Positions 1-12,132 of a stretch of DNA of 64,000 nucleotides are shown piece by piece (the stretch's first letter is position 1; the number at the start of each line of letters is the position of its first letter). A model generated the notes under the pieces. That model had not been told where the DNA came from. It ran no database searches and saw nothing but the letters and a program-made list of their open reading frames with translations. The stretch covers positions 57,102,001 through 57,166,000 of the forward strand of contig NC_043008.1 of NCBI RefSeq assembly GCF_006345805.1, in the 5' to 3' direction. The stretch comes from Octopus sinensis (Eukaryota). A program made the translations under genes and the position numbers.

Positions 1-639
1 AGTTGATGAAATTTAAAGTAGAACTAAAGAAGGATTTAAAAGCAGAACACCAAGTTGTAACTGAATATAGATATTTTAAAACATATGTGTGCCCGTGTGC
101 ATTTACGGTCTGTCTTTCTCTCGACTCCAAAACTGCTAACGGTCTATGAAAAACAAATAATAAAGCATGTTGCACCAATTTCCTCCAGGAAGTATGTGTT
201 TTCTCATCTTTAATGAAATATCTCACTTGAGAAAATGATATATAATTAATGTGATGGATTATATAATGTTGAGGATTTCTAAAAAGAGCGAAATAGTGCT
301 ATACATGATACCAGCAACTAGAAACTGCATGAACTTAGTAATAAGTAAACAACAAATAAAATTAAATAAGCTAATTTTCTGCATGTTTTTAACGTAATAC
401 TTTAATATCAGATTAAAATTTCTAATCCTACTTTACATTTTGAGGCGACGCTTTTCTCGCTTGTAACGACTGCCATCACTATGGAAACAATGTGTATATG
501 TAAAACGTTTTAAGAACAATTTATTTATAGAGTCACAATATTGTTTTAAAAAATTTGTTAAATCAAAAAATTATTATTCTGATGTATCTAGGGGAGTTAT
601 TATGCGTATAATAAGCACATACAAGTTGTATTCCGCTTA

Positions 640-930
640 TTTCATTTTTGTTATAAAAGGTTTAAGCATTTAACAATTAACTAATCGATTGTTGGCTATT
701 CGTTCGGTCAACCAATCAGCTACGTTTGTCTATATTCTTTCGTCGCCATTCACATCTAGACTCGAATGAGTCTTAGATAAGACAGTGCGTGTTTTTAATG
801 AGCTCGCGAGTGGCTACGAGAGGACTTTCATAAACCGAGCTAACTGACCGATTGATTTAATGAGTAGCCCAACAATTCATTAGTTAATTGATTTATAGTT
901 AGTAAATTGACAGATAAAAATTGAGATGAA
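640..930. repeat. Old palindromic (MITE-like) repeat; related copy at ~2075-2190
   Basis: ~670-722 is a diverged reverse complement of ~838-893; a similar motif (TAGTCGATTGCTTAATTACTCATT) recurs near 2140-2185. Confidence 0.4.
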
Positions 931-959
931 GTAGGACTAGTGCTATATGTATATATATA

Positions 960-1113
960 CGACGGGATTTTTCAGTTTCCGTCTACCAAATCCATTCACA
1001 AGACTTTGGTCGGCCCGAGGCTATAGTAGAAGACATTTGCCCAAGGTGCCACGCAATGGGACTGAACCCGGAACTCTGTGGTTGGTAAGCAAACTACTTA
1101 CTACACAGCCATA
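960..1113 (-). mobile_element. tRNA-derived SINE family S1, 5' half
   Basis: Reverse complement matches the S1 head seen in full copies at 12356-12768 and 31630-32080. Confidence 0.85.
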
Positions 1114-2224
1114 TTATATGAGGCTAGCTTTTGCAACATCCGTCTAGAAAATTCTACTCTCGAAATATTATTCACTCCGAGATAGCAGAAGACACTTGTT
1201 TAATGTGCCACGAACCCAGTGCAATGTGGTTGAGGAGAGCATAGCTAAACCATAGATACATACTTAGTGAAAATTTATGAATTGCTTATAAATTTATTCC
1301 TTGACTGGCTCCATTTGATTACTGCATTTAGCTTGAACCAATAGGTTACACATTCACTCATAAGTGAATTAAACACTTGATCATAACCGCCGTAAGAGGT
1401 GCTCTAGCTGCAGCTAATCTCTTAGTCTTTGATCATTTCGTCCTTTTATTGCACTCCATTGTACCTTATATATAGAACAAAGTATTGTATGTATCCATTC
1501 CCGCCAAATAAAAACAAAACTGAAAAAATCGATAGTCTGAAAACCACATGCTTGTAATTCACGTATAAGAACCAAGTCTTTGATCTGAAATAAGTTTTAC
1601 AAGAAATCTTATTCTAGACATTGTATTTGTTTGTTTGTTGCACAATGTCCAAAAGACAGGGAAATAGTTGTTATTTATAATCAGGTTCAGTGGGCTTCTC
1701 CAAGAACACATTTTTCTTTCGCTTTAACGCTACAAGATAGACACGAACAAACACGCACACGCACGCACACATAAACACGCACGAACGTACACCAACGCAC
1801 ACACATACACATACACATACACACACGCACACACATACAAGCACGCACGGACACAAACACAGGTGCACACGTCACTCCAATCGTTTTCTTACTGGTTTAT
1901 AGGAGTTTCACGCTTGAATTCCTCCCATCTAAGTGTTACCGTTTGAAATTCTTCCATGCATAAATAACGAGATAATCTCTTGGTTTTGTATTTGATTTGC
2001 AAGATTCTTGGTATGAACTTGTGAATTGAAGCAAATTTTGTTGCATCATGGGAGCGTCATTAATAAACACACGCTCCGATTCTATTTCACTTCCTTATTT
2101 TTTATTTGTCATTTCTTCATCACTTAACTAAGTCACTAGTCGATTGCTTAATTACTCATTTGCTCAATCAGTCCAGCTAAGTCGCCATTCGTTCATCAAT
2201 AACATGTTCTCTCTACTCCCTTTC

Positions 2225-2530
2225 GGCGTTCGATGGTCGAGTCCACTGACCATTGGGAGCTGAAAATTAAATGCCTCTACAACATCCACACCACCAGAAA
2301 CAACAGCCGTTCAAGAATTTGGACCTGGAGATCTCCATTTCCAGCGACTTCGAAGGCCACCTCCCAGTGGTGTCGGGCGTCAACGAAGAGCCCTCGACTA
2401 CAACAAGACGACCAAAGTTTTTTTTTTCCAAGGTCTGGGGTCTCCCGCCCGTAAGCCCTAGGCCATCACCCAATCACCCTTACCCGTCTTGTTGCTTAAC
2501 AACAACAACAACAACAACAATAACAACCAG
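2225..2530 (+). pseudogene. GC-rich decayed coding fragment, possibly LINE RT domain 7/thumb, ending in (AAC)n
   Basis: The GC3-rich frame switches across two frameshifts, giving WELKIKCLYNIHTTRNNS/PFKNLDLEISISSDFEGHLPVVSGVN/RRALDYNKTTKVFF. This loosely resembles the LINE motif SFKDLGV-ISSDL-F--HI--VVSKANRALG. Confidence 0.3.
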
Positions 2531-2769
2531 CAACAATAAAAGCATCTGATGACATTAAAACCGTTCATACCAAACTGCTTGAGACCGTTCCTATTCCTGT
2601 GACACATATTCCTTGCTTTAAAATTATCTCAATTATATCCACCTTCAAAATTTTGCATCAATTTATGATCCGTACAGCAAGGTTATATTACTAAATCCTG
2701 CACTATTTTCAAAATCAATTGAAATGAATGCAGAAATAAGGCAACAAAATACAATAACAAAATGTATAA

Positions 2770-3400
2770 ACTCTTCTACCAATTTATTTACGTTTATATA
2801 TTTGTTTTGCAAGATTCTTGATGTGAAATCGTGTGTTGAAACAGATGTTGTATTTAGGAATGGTCATGTTGCCAATAAAACACACGCACTATATATTTGG
2901 TGTTAATTTGCTTCAGCTTTATTTATTTTTTACATTAATCTTAATCTTATTTCGGCCAGAGTTCTTTCGTCACACTCCTGTGACCTCATCAGTGGTCCTT
3001 TGCTTTCTTCTTTCTTATTTGTGTGTCGCTCCTTAGTAACGTTCAGCCATTTTGTATTTTGTATTCCTATTGTATGTGTCTTTATTTGCGCATGCGTATA
3101 CCCCTATGTGTGTGTATGTTTAGTTAGAGTGTGTGGGGGGAGTGCCTGTAATATTTGTATCTCCTGTTTATACACGTTCGTGTAATTTGTTTTTGCTTAT
3201 TTTGTTGATGTGTTTACACCTACTTATTTTTTTGTATTTAATTAATTAAATTAACTTTTTTTAATTTTGTTAATGTGTATAGTTATTTAATTCCTTTTGT
3301 CTATCTGTGTATTTTATTATCTTTTTAGATTTGTTTAGATTAGCGTAAAAATAAATAAAGCTGAAGCAAATTAACACCAAATATATAGTGCGTGTGTTTT
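2770..3400 (-). mobile_element. Penelope-like pLTR family B (non-coding), with inverted partial copy at 3343-3400
   Basis: Same family as 43923-44355; carries a hammerhead; 2877-2932 is inverted at 3343-3400. Confidence 0.7.
2954..2998 (-). ncRNA. Minimal type I hammerhead ribozyme, intact core
   Basis: Minus strand GGACCA-CTGATGA-G-GTCACA-GGAG-TGTGAC-GAAA-GAACTC^TGGCC: 6-bp stem II, 2-bp stem III, C-U-C cleavage triplet, stem I with an A bulge. Confidence 0.8.
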
Positions 3401-4320
3401 ATCTTCTATCAATATTTCGCATTTATTTACGTTCCATACGCCAGCTTAATAATGACAAAGAAGTATTACTAAATCCTGCATTATTTTCAAAATTCATTCG
3501 AACTAATACAGTGTATTTCAACGGGAAAATGATAACAAAAGGGTTTAATTTCGTCAAGTCGACTCGGTCAACTGTGTTCTCTACTTATTCCGTATATTCC
3601 ATTCGTAAACAATGTCTAAAATAAGTTCATTCAGTACAATTGTCACCATGTCATTTGTGATTAACGCAACACGATTATCTTTTAGCGGAACTGCATGTGT
3701 GCTGAAATTGTTTGCAATTTCAAGCTTTACCGGATTCAAATCTAAGAGGAACTCATGCCATTTCTACTATTACCAGGATTTTTTCGGTTTTTCTCTTGTG
3801 AATGATTTTCTTTTATCTTTTCGTTTTTTTTTTTTTTTCTTTAATCTATTTCTTCTTTGAAAGGATAATAAATCTGACATTTCCAAAGGCATACAAAAAC
3901 CTATTGCTATTACTATTGTTAACATCATCATCACCGCAGGGTTATTGGTTCATAAATTCAGTAACGACAACTGCGTATAGACTGTTCTGTCGCTTTTATA
4001 TATTTTACACGCAGCGTTATTATAATTGTTTCTTTCCTCCAATTTTTTTTTCGTTTTTACTTTTTCAATCTCATGGTTATCAATGTTGGTCGAACGTCTA
4101 ATGAGTTCGTGACAACTGCAATGCTAAGTTTATAGTACATTTCGCGTGATTGACAATTAAGCGTACCTGGATGAGTATAACTCGGTGGTGAAGTAGTTAT
4201 ACGCACAGAAATTGTGTAAGCCGCAATTTATAGGAAGAACTACAGAAAAATGTGCTTTTTCACTTCGTCCTTGCTCGACATAAAGGGAGTATTAAAGAAT
4301 ATAACTTTCACAGGTGATGC

Positions 4321-4751
4321 GGATCTTTTCGGTTTGAACGGCAGTTTTTAACATAATTTCTAGGTAGCTAAAACATTTTAAACTTCGTATACTGGTAGAA
4401 TGTGTTTATAAAACATCTTTTTATCTTGGCTTTATAGAGAAAATTCTATAGTTTCTAAGATATTTGTTGTTTTTTTCTTCAATTTCTGCAATTTCAACCA
4501 ATCAATTACGTCCATTGAGGTAAAATCATTCTGTGTCATATGAATATGGCCCTCGTTTAAGAAACAGATTGTGTTTATTTACATTTCTGAAGAAAAAAAG
4601 ATACCCTTTCCCCCAAACCTAACCCTAACCCTAACTAACCCTAACTCTAAAACAGATTGAAAGGCAATAGATTGATACTAGGGTCATAATTATGAGTGAC
4701 AATTTCATATGACACCGCTAGAAAAAACTGCCGGTCAAACCGAAAAGATCT
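4321..4751. mobile_element. MITE with ~29-bp TIRs and 8-bp TSD (Merlin/hAT-like), with internal (CCCTAA) repeats
   Basis: TIR GGATCTTTTCGGTTTGAACGGCAGTTTT versus rc AGATCTTTTCGGTTTGACCGGCAGTTTT; TSD GGTGATGC at 4313-4320 and 4752-4759. Confidence 0.85.
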
Positions 4752-4904
4752 GGTGATGCCATTAATGTTCAGCCTGAATATTTGTAAGTCAACATCTGCC
4801 GGAAAAGAGGGACTGTTTTAATAGAGAACTCATTTCCACAATAAGCTATGAAAAGCCGATATCATTATAGTGGCGATATTTATTGATGTTACGTTACATA
4901 TTTG

Positions 4905-5118
4905 ATTTCAGATTTTAGCACAAGGCCATTAATTTCGGGGGGGGGAGCAAGTCGATTATATTGACTCCATTACTCAACTAGTACTCATTTTATCGAACCC
5001 GAAAGGACGAAAGACAAGGTTGACCTCGCTGGGATTTGAACTCAGAACCTAAGACGCACGAAATGCCGCTCGCTGTTTGCCCGGTGTGCTGACGATTCTG
5101 CCAGCTGTTGTGCCTTAA
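4905..5118 (-). mobile_element. SINE family S2, diverged copy
   Basis: Matches the motif CGACCCCGAAAGGATGAAAGGCAAAGTCGACCTCGGCGGAATTTGAACTCAGAAC of many other copies. Confidence 0.75.
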
Positions 5119-5561
5119 CATGATGCTATATGTTGTTGGTATATGAAGAACTCTGTGTGTGTTGTGTGTGTGTGTGTGTGTGTGTGGGTGTGTTGTGGTG
5201 TGTGTGTGTGTGTGTGTGTGTGTGTGGTTGTGTTTGTGGGTTTTGCAACTATGTACCGTGTTTGTATGTACGGATGCGCATCTCCATCTGTGTGGACGTG
5301 TGTCTCCGTATTTGTGTCCTTGTGCGAAGTAAAGTGTTTGTGTGTGTGTATATATGGTAATGTGTTTCAGTCTTCATTTGCATATGTGTGTATGTTTGTT
5401 CAAATAACCTATGTAACTATCCGTCTGTATATTGATCTGTTTACTTTCCTATCCATATACTTACATACATGTGCATATGACAATATTAATATATATTCAT
5501 ACTACCCACACAGACATACATACATCTACTACATATGTATATATATATATATATTATTTAT

Positions 5562-5592
<31 letters not shown>

Positions 5593-5855
5593 GTATGTTA
5601 TATATATATAGTATAATATATATTATATAGAAATATTAAAATAACTAAGTCTCTCTCTAAAAGAGAACAGCGGCAGCGTTCCCGGAAAATAATAGCTATC
5701 GCCATACTAAATATGCATTCTTATAAAAATAAGAAAAAAAGCTGTCCGCTTATTAGCTCCATGAGGCCATCGCCTTAAGTTAGCTTTTGATACACAAACT
5801 GTATCCATATAACCTTCGAACAAGGGAGGTCAGTCGCTCCACATACTTGACCGCA

Positions 5856-5897
5856 GCTACAGACGCGTTTCGGAGTATTGCCCCTTTTCAATGCAGC
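5856..5897 (-). ncRNA. Minimal type I hammerhead, U3-A8 variant
   Basis: GCTGCA-TTGAAAA-GGGG-CAATA-CTCC-GAAAC-GC-GTC^TGTAGC; stem I 6 bp with one G.U; palindromic ACGCGT in stem III. Confidence 0.7.
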
Positions 5898-6142
5898 GTA
5901 GCCAGCCAGTAGGTGTCGCTTCCGACAATCTCTGTTCGAGGTTTTATTTACCTAGTTTCGGTGGAATACATCCACTTGTTTCAATAATAAAAATATTAAA
6001 ATATTAAACTAACTAGTCTCTCTAAGAGCCTTATTATTTTAATATTTCTATTATTGAAAACAAGTGGATGTATTCCACCGAAACTAGGTAAATAAAACCA
6101 TCGAACAGAGATTGTCGGAAGCGACACCTACTGGCTGGCTAC

Positions 6143-6184
6143 GCTGCATTGAAAAGGGGCAATACTCCGAAACGCGTCTGTACT
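6143..6184 (+). ncRNA. Second copy of the U3-A8 hammerhead (right arm)
   Basis: Identical core; distal stem I partly broken (TGTACT). Confidence 0.6.
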
Positions 6185-6350
6185 GCCGGTCAAGTAGTGT
6201 GGAGCGACTGACCTCCCTGGTTCGAAGGTTATATGGATACAGTTTGTGTATCAAATAGCTAACTTAAGGCGATGGCCTCATGGAGCTAATAAGCGGACAG
6301 CTTTTTTCTTATTTTTATAAAGAATGCCATATTAGTATGGCGATAGCTAT

Positions 6351-6399
<49 letters not shown>

Positions 6400-7084
6400 C
6401 ACCCATACATACATACAAACATAAATACATCTATGTAACAGCCCACTAACTATTCTACTCTACCTAATAATTTACATTATAATTTCGTGACAAAAATAAG
6501 GAGAATTATTAATTAGAAGAGTTCATGTACTAATCATGTCTCATTTACAGATTATTGTTACATAACTTTAAGTTTCACACCCTGAATACAATCATCAGAG
6601 AAAATTTCAGGTGATTTGTTTTTTATGAAAATTCTACAATAAATGCTTACCTGATAGTTGTCTTAGGCAGAATACAATTTAAGTTAACAGCAATCATATT
6701 TAACTAATATATTATATAAGGTGTTTGCTACTATTTGAGCGTGCACGCGTGTGAATATGTTAGTGTCTGTGTATAGCTGTGGAAGCTTCAACACGTACAT
6801 TCTTTTACCAGGTATTATGAAATACATAAGATTTAATCAACAAAAAATATACATATCTAATCGTATGTGTGAAAAATGTCATAGAATGTCAAATGTAATA
6901 CAAATCTTGCATGGCGTTAAAATACTTTAGGGTAATTATTTATACAAGAAAGCTGTGTGCGAATACATTTATTTGGAGCGTTTTCCCTTGCATATATCAA
7001 GTTTCATTATTCTAACGTGTTAAATAAATAATATATCAAAACTGATTAGAAAAAAATCGTACACTCAAAACTAAGTCTAGCTGA

Positions 7085-7169
7085 CTTTCCCATTCTTCCC
7101 GAGCATTAAACCAATACACCTGCTTGTTGTTCCTACACCTGTCTTGGTCTTTTGTTTTCTGTAAATTTG

Positions 7170-7172
<3 letters not shown>
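7085..7172 (+). mobile_element. Penelope-like family E, 3' fragment ending at (TA)n
   Basis: CTTCCCGAGCATTAAACCAATACACCTG...CTGTAAATTT matches the sequence downstream of the hammerhead at 55935-56000 and 60775-60860. Confidence 0.65.
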
Positions 7173-7227
<55 letters not shown>

Positions 7228-7376
7228 TTCTTGCTATATATATAAGATATATAATATATATATATGATTCTGCTAATATTTGAAACGAATATTAGTCAAA
7301 ATCCATTTCCTTTTTCTCTCATTAGTTATACGTGTATGTTTTGTGTGTGTGCGTGCGTATATGTGTAATATATATA

Positions 7377-7414
<38 letters not shown>

Positions 7415-7714
7415 TCAACAATATAAATGAATGACCCTGGTAGGCCATTCGTCTCACTAGAAAAGAGCAGCCATACTCAAACCGCTAAATAGTAGTAATT
7501 CAGAAATTAAAGGAAAATCAAAAACATTTACCTTAATCATCCTTGGACAATGCATTGTTTCAACGTAATTTATGGCAAACCAGCCTAATTAAATTAAATT
7601 TAATTTAATCGAGTCAATCTACCAATATATATATATATGCGCACACAGAGACACGCACGCATACACAAAACATACACGTATAACTAATGAGAGAAAAAGG
7701 AAATGGATTTCGGC

Positions 7715-7935
7715 TAATATTGGTTTCAAATATTAGCAGAAGAGCAAGAATATCAAGGGAAGGTTAATTAAATCTATTGCGTCGACCCCGATACTCAGCT
7801 AGTACTTATTTTATCGACCCCGAAAGTATGAAAAGCAAAGTCGGCCTCGATGGAATTTGAACTCACAACGAAAACTCTGAAGAAATGCTGCTAAGCGTTT
7901 TGTCCGGATTGCTAATGATTCTACCAAGTCGTAGT
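7715..7935 (-). mobile_element. SINE family S2, diverged
   Basis: S2 core motifs in reverse orientation. Confidence 0.75.
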
Positions 7936-7964
7936 AATAATAATAAGATACCTGGTTATTCGGT

Positions 7965-8355
7965 GGATGGATGGAAGCACTCCGTCGGTTACGACGACGA
8001 GGGTTCCGGTTGATCCGAATCAACGGAACAGCCTGCTCGTGAAATTAACGTGTAAGTGGCTGAGCACTCCACAGACACGTGTACCCTTAACGTAGTTCTC
8101 GGGGATATTCAGCGTGACACAGAGAGTGACAAGGCCGGCCCTTTGAAATACAGGTACAACAGAAACAGGAAGTAAGAGTGAGAGAAAGTTGTGGTGAAAG
8201 AGTACAGCAGGGATCACCACCATTCCCTGCCGGAGCGTCGTGGAGCTTTAGGTGTTTTCGCTCAATAAACATTCACAACGCCCGGTCTGGGAATCGAAAC
8301 CGCGATCCTATGACCGCGAGTCCGTTGCCCTAACCACTGGGCCATTGCGCCTCCT
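7965..8355 (-). mobile_element. tRNA-SINE head H1 + tail T1, full length
   Basis: Near-identical reverse complement of 34985-35366; A-box TGGCCCAGTGG, B-box GGTTTCGATTCC. Confidence 0.9.
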
Positions 8356-9293
8356 GGTTATTCGGTACCAGTATTAATAAGCTACCTGGTTATACAATAC
8401 AATCATGCATGAAGTTAGCGGTCTCTTTGAACAAAAACTGGCCTGCATTGTTTTGTAATGTAGCTGAACGGTGCAAATGAAGCTTCTATTGTCCTTGCGT
8501 TGTACATCTGAATGCTTTACCGCTTCAACATGCTATTACTACGTCTTTGTTTGGGCGGAAGTTGTAAAATCGCTGCTAACATACTTAACTGAATGGATCG
8601 TAAAACTTAAGCTAATAAAAATTGATATTAAAGAGAAAGAGGCAATGAAGCGGGGATTAAAATTAGAATCACGCCCCTAGGGTGGCCCGCTTTTTATTTG
8701 GGACCAGTTTTAATTCATTGAAATACATTGTAGCTCCGATGAAATACACTGGCAACGAAGCATAACATTTTATAAAAGAGAGAAAGAGAGGGAGAAAGAA
8801 AAACAGAGAGACAGAGATAGAAAAAGACAGACAAAGAAAGCGAGCAGGATTTTAACGAAAAAACACGTTGAGCATTGATAAAGCTAATTAATAGAAACAA
8901 TATACAGTGGAGTTCAGAAATTCCATTATCATTTTAATGATATATAAAAGTTCTGATTTTTTATTTATTGTTAACAAAATCTGGATTGATATATTTTATT
9001 TTCAAGTTTATGTTTTCTTGTATTATTATCGTGAATAGCTTTTAATATGTGTGTGGATGTATCACTGTGTGCATGTATCTATTATGTATGTATGTAATGT
9101 ATGTATGTAGGTATGTATGTACATAAACTTAAGTATATATATATATATATATATATATTAATATATAATAATACACATATATATAATATATACACACACC
9201 CACAACACACCCACACATATAATATATATATTATATATATATATATATAGAATATGATAATATATATATATATATATATATATTATACACACA

Positions 9294-9334
<41 letters not shown>

Positions 9335-9336
<2 letters not shown>

Positions 9337-9520
9337 CAGGTGTCCCAGATGAACCAACTTCACGGCAGGAGGTGCAGATGAGGCAGGTGCATCAAACTCT
9401 CTCATGCACCAAATGGCAATTGCTAAAATGCATTCGTGAAGTAAAATCATGTAGCAACACCGAATGGCGGTGCCCCAGCATGGCCACAGCTCGTGAGCTG
9501 AAACTAGATAAAATAAAATG
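9335..9520 (+). mobile_element. LINE (CR1-group-like) 3' end with 3'UTR and AAAAT tail
   Basis: VPDEPTSRQEVQMR matches IPDEQISKQETQTRAVASNS at 50560-50640(-); the UTR GGCGGTGCCCCAGCATGGCCACAGCTC also occurs alone at 12965-13022(-) and 49898-49945(+). Confidence 0.7.
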
Positions 9521-9522
9521 AA

Positions 9523-9567
<45 letters not shown>

Positions 9568-9574
9568 ATATTCC

Positions 9575-10586
9575 CTAGTGATATGATGATTTTCCGATCG
9601 ATCCCCACAATCTTGCATGTTGAGCTTTTCGGACATATGGAAGGTTGCTTCACCTGTAGAGAATATGTGATTAAGGAAGTTATTTTCTTCGATTTTTGCA
9701 GGAGGGTAACAACAAATGTTTTTCGTTGCAGTTTGTCATTTACCTTAATTGCTGACAAGAATTGAATTTTATATGCATAACGCTTCAATGAATAGGTGGT
9801 GGCGGTAGCTGCAGTTGAGTGGAATCAGTACAGATGGACTCATATCGAGACCGTTGAAATGACTGACGGATGCTCTCAGTATCTTCTGATGTTCTTCGCT
9901 CTCCAGTCTTCGGTTTATGTAGCACCGTCTCCGTTACCATAAACTGCTTATGCCAGCTGTGTATCGTCTGACATGCCAGAGCTTGTTTTCCATATTTAGC
10001 TGTGTAATTTCTTTGAGCTTGAATATCCGAATTTCATTCGATAAACCAAGTCACATATTGTGCCTTTTCCTGTGGCGGAGTCATTATCTGAGACATTAAA
10101 ACAACATCAATTGCGGTATAAGACAGGAGGAATTACAACCGTGTTTCGTGGTCTGCTACCACAACAGCTCCTTTATAGGATCCAGTTAGCTCAAGACATC
10201 ATCAGGAGGAACCACGTCCGGTTTCGGCCCCTACTCCTCGACCGTTTTGACCTCGCACCTCCCCCCTTTCGGAGGTGTCTTCAGCTCTGGTGTTGGGTGC
10301 ACGTCTTCTTTCTTCTGTTCCCTGGTCTATTCGGTGTAGCGTCAACGAGTGTCAGCCGGCGACTGACTGCATTGCCAAATAGTTTCCCTTTAAATACCTG
10401 CCCCAGACTCCAACAGGCAGCCCCAGCAAGTTGTCACGTGACACTGTCTCAACTTTAACTGACCAATGAAGGCGCGTAGTCTTAGCATTAATAAAACTAT
10501 TAATACCGTTAAAAAGTTTCGTTTCCCCTTCCTCTTAGTTTTTCGTAATGAATTTTTGAAATTGTCAAAAGGTTTTGTGGACACCC
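9575..10586 (-). mobile_element. maT-like (DUF4817 HTH) Tc1/mariner fragment, interrupted
   Basis: TIR-like TACAGGGTGTCCAC at the right end; frameshifted HTH (WFIE..SDIQAQRNYTAKYGK...WHKQFM.TETVLHKP) and RYAYKIQ...ATFHMS segments. Confidence 0.75.
10085..10445 (-). mobile_element. GC-rich insert within the maT element, possibly pLTR-like
   Basis: Interrupts the transposon; the minus strand holds CTGAAGA/CTGATGA and GAAAC motifs, but I could not close a clean hammerhead fold. Confidence 0.35.
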
Positions 10587-11990
10587 TGTAAACTTCTGTT
10601 GCTTACATTTGTCGATTACTTTCGAAAATTTAGTTTGACCTTCAAGTAGATGATAAACTATTTCTGAAATTCTAAATGTTCACTCGAATGCAAGTGTTGC
10701 TTATCTTATGTACACGCAGCATCCCCTTAAAGAAACGCAAATGATAAATTTTCCGACAAACTAACAAACTTATTGAATGGAGTTGACAGGCAAGGACTAC
10801 TGTTCATCTCATGGGATAATATATTTATCAGAAGCAAACACTGACTAATGTTTAATACACGAACGTGGGTGCAATTTATACGTTCAGGCGACATGAATAC
10901 TCACTTCTAAATATGCGCTACTTGCGCATGCGTTCTTATTACCGTATGCACAAAGGTAAACGCCATTACAAAAGTCAAGAATATATTCATCTTGTCATCC
11001 TTTTATTAGTATGTATTTGTTCTTATGTTCTCCATCCAAGAACATATTATTAACACAGGCAAACCATTCTGTATGTAGACCTTTCAAACATTGATTTTCA
11101 GATTCTCGGGTATTATTGTTTGTTTTTATTTTATTTGTTTTGTGTTTTGTTTTTTTTTTCAAGGAAATGTTTAGCAAACATATTCTATTTGATGCAGGAT
11201 TATAAACATTGATGCCAAGAATGCATTACATTTCGATCGATATAAGCCATTGGTTCGGTGAAAAGTGGACAGTAAGTGAATACGCAACGGCCACCGTTGT
11301 CATTTCTTGTAACACCACAATTTGCAATTACTTACCACGAATTGGGTTTAGACTCATTTGTCAAGCCGTAGACGTCACACGATCTGCGAGAAATAGCACT
11401 TAAATATAATTTAAGCTACAATCTCTATCTTTCAAAATGACAGCCAATTGTTTAAGCTTGTCGTAGCTATAATATGCGTGAAATTACGATACAGATGATA
11501 ATGGGTGAAAGGCATTTCATAAAAGATATTTTATAAATTGTCTGCCAGGTCAGAATTCATTCGAAGCTAAACAACTGTAAAATCAACTACACCAAAAACA
11601 ATACTTCCATATTACTCAGTAAACTCAAAAACAATTTAAAATCGGGCCTTAAATTAAATATCTAGAGCCCACATCATCCCGTGATATATACTTATATCCA
11701 TGCCAGCAACATGGGAGGCGAATAACGAAACATATCTTCTATGTATGCTGGTATCCTAGATACATAATGCACAACTACGTGGTTTCAACACTGGATTTCT
11801 ATTTGATCGAACATACAGGCATACACACATATACAAAGACACACACATATGGATATTTGCATATACGTATATATATACGTGTGTACGTGTGCATATATGC
11901 GTGCTTCTAAATGTACGCATAAAACGTACGTCCACAGAACCACATTTTTGCCGAGGCAGACTTGCCTTTCGTCCTTCAGGGTCGATAAAA

Positions 11991-12132
11991 CGTTGCGCGA
12001 TCGCCGGCGAGGCGACTTTCCGATGCCCGGTCGAGTAGGAGGGCGCCGCGGCGTGCATGGAAGCCACGGGCGCGAGCCCGGGTGAAACCGACCGCGGGTG
12101 CAGATCTCGGTGGTAGTAGCAAATATTCGAAC
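11991..12132 (+). rRNA. 28S rRNA: Dispersed 28S rRNA fragment (pseudogenic)
   Basis: CGAGTAGGAGGGCGCCGCGG...GGGTGCAGATCTCGGTGGTAGTAGCAAATATTCGAAC matches the conserved LSU core AGGTGCAGATCTTGGTGGTAGTAGCAAATATTCAAAC. Confidence 0.9.

Larger units (their letters stand above)
5625..6354. mobile_element. Penelope-like/retrozyme-like family A as a head-to-head hairpin (arms 5688-6007 and 6030-6354)
   Basis: ~320-bp inverted arms; a hammerhead in each arm; ~45-nt direct terminal repeat with 367-nt period; TA-rich tracts on both sides. Confidence 0.8.

Noticed and set aside
2273-2410. RQRR furin-like site suggesting a prohormone or TGF-beta precursor
   Set aside because: The frame is closed by a stop at 2261 with no signal peptide or acceptor; better explained as a frameshifted fragment
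10860-11000. CpG-containing stretch with an NRF1-like TGCGCATGCG motif
   Set aside because: A single short motif with no associated gene; not enough to call a promoter
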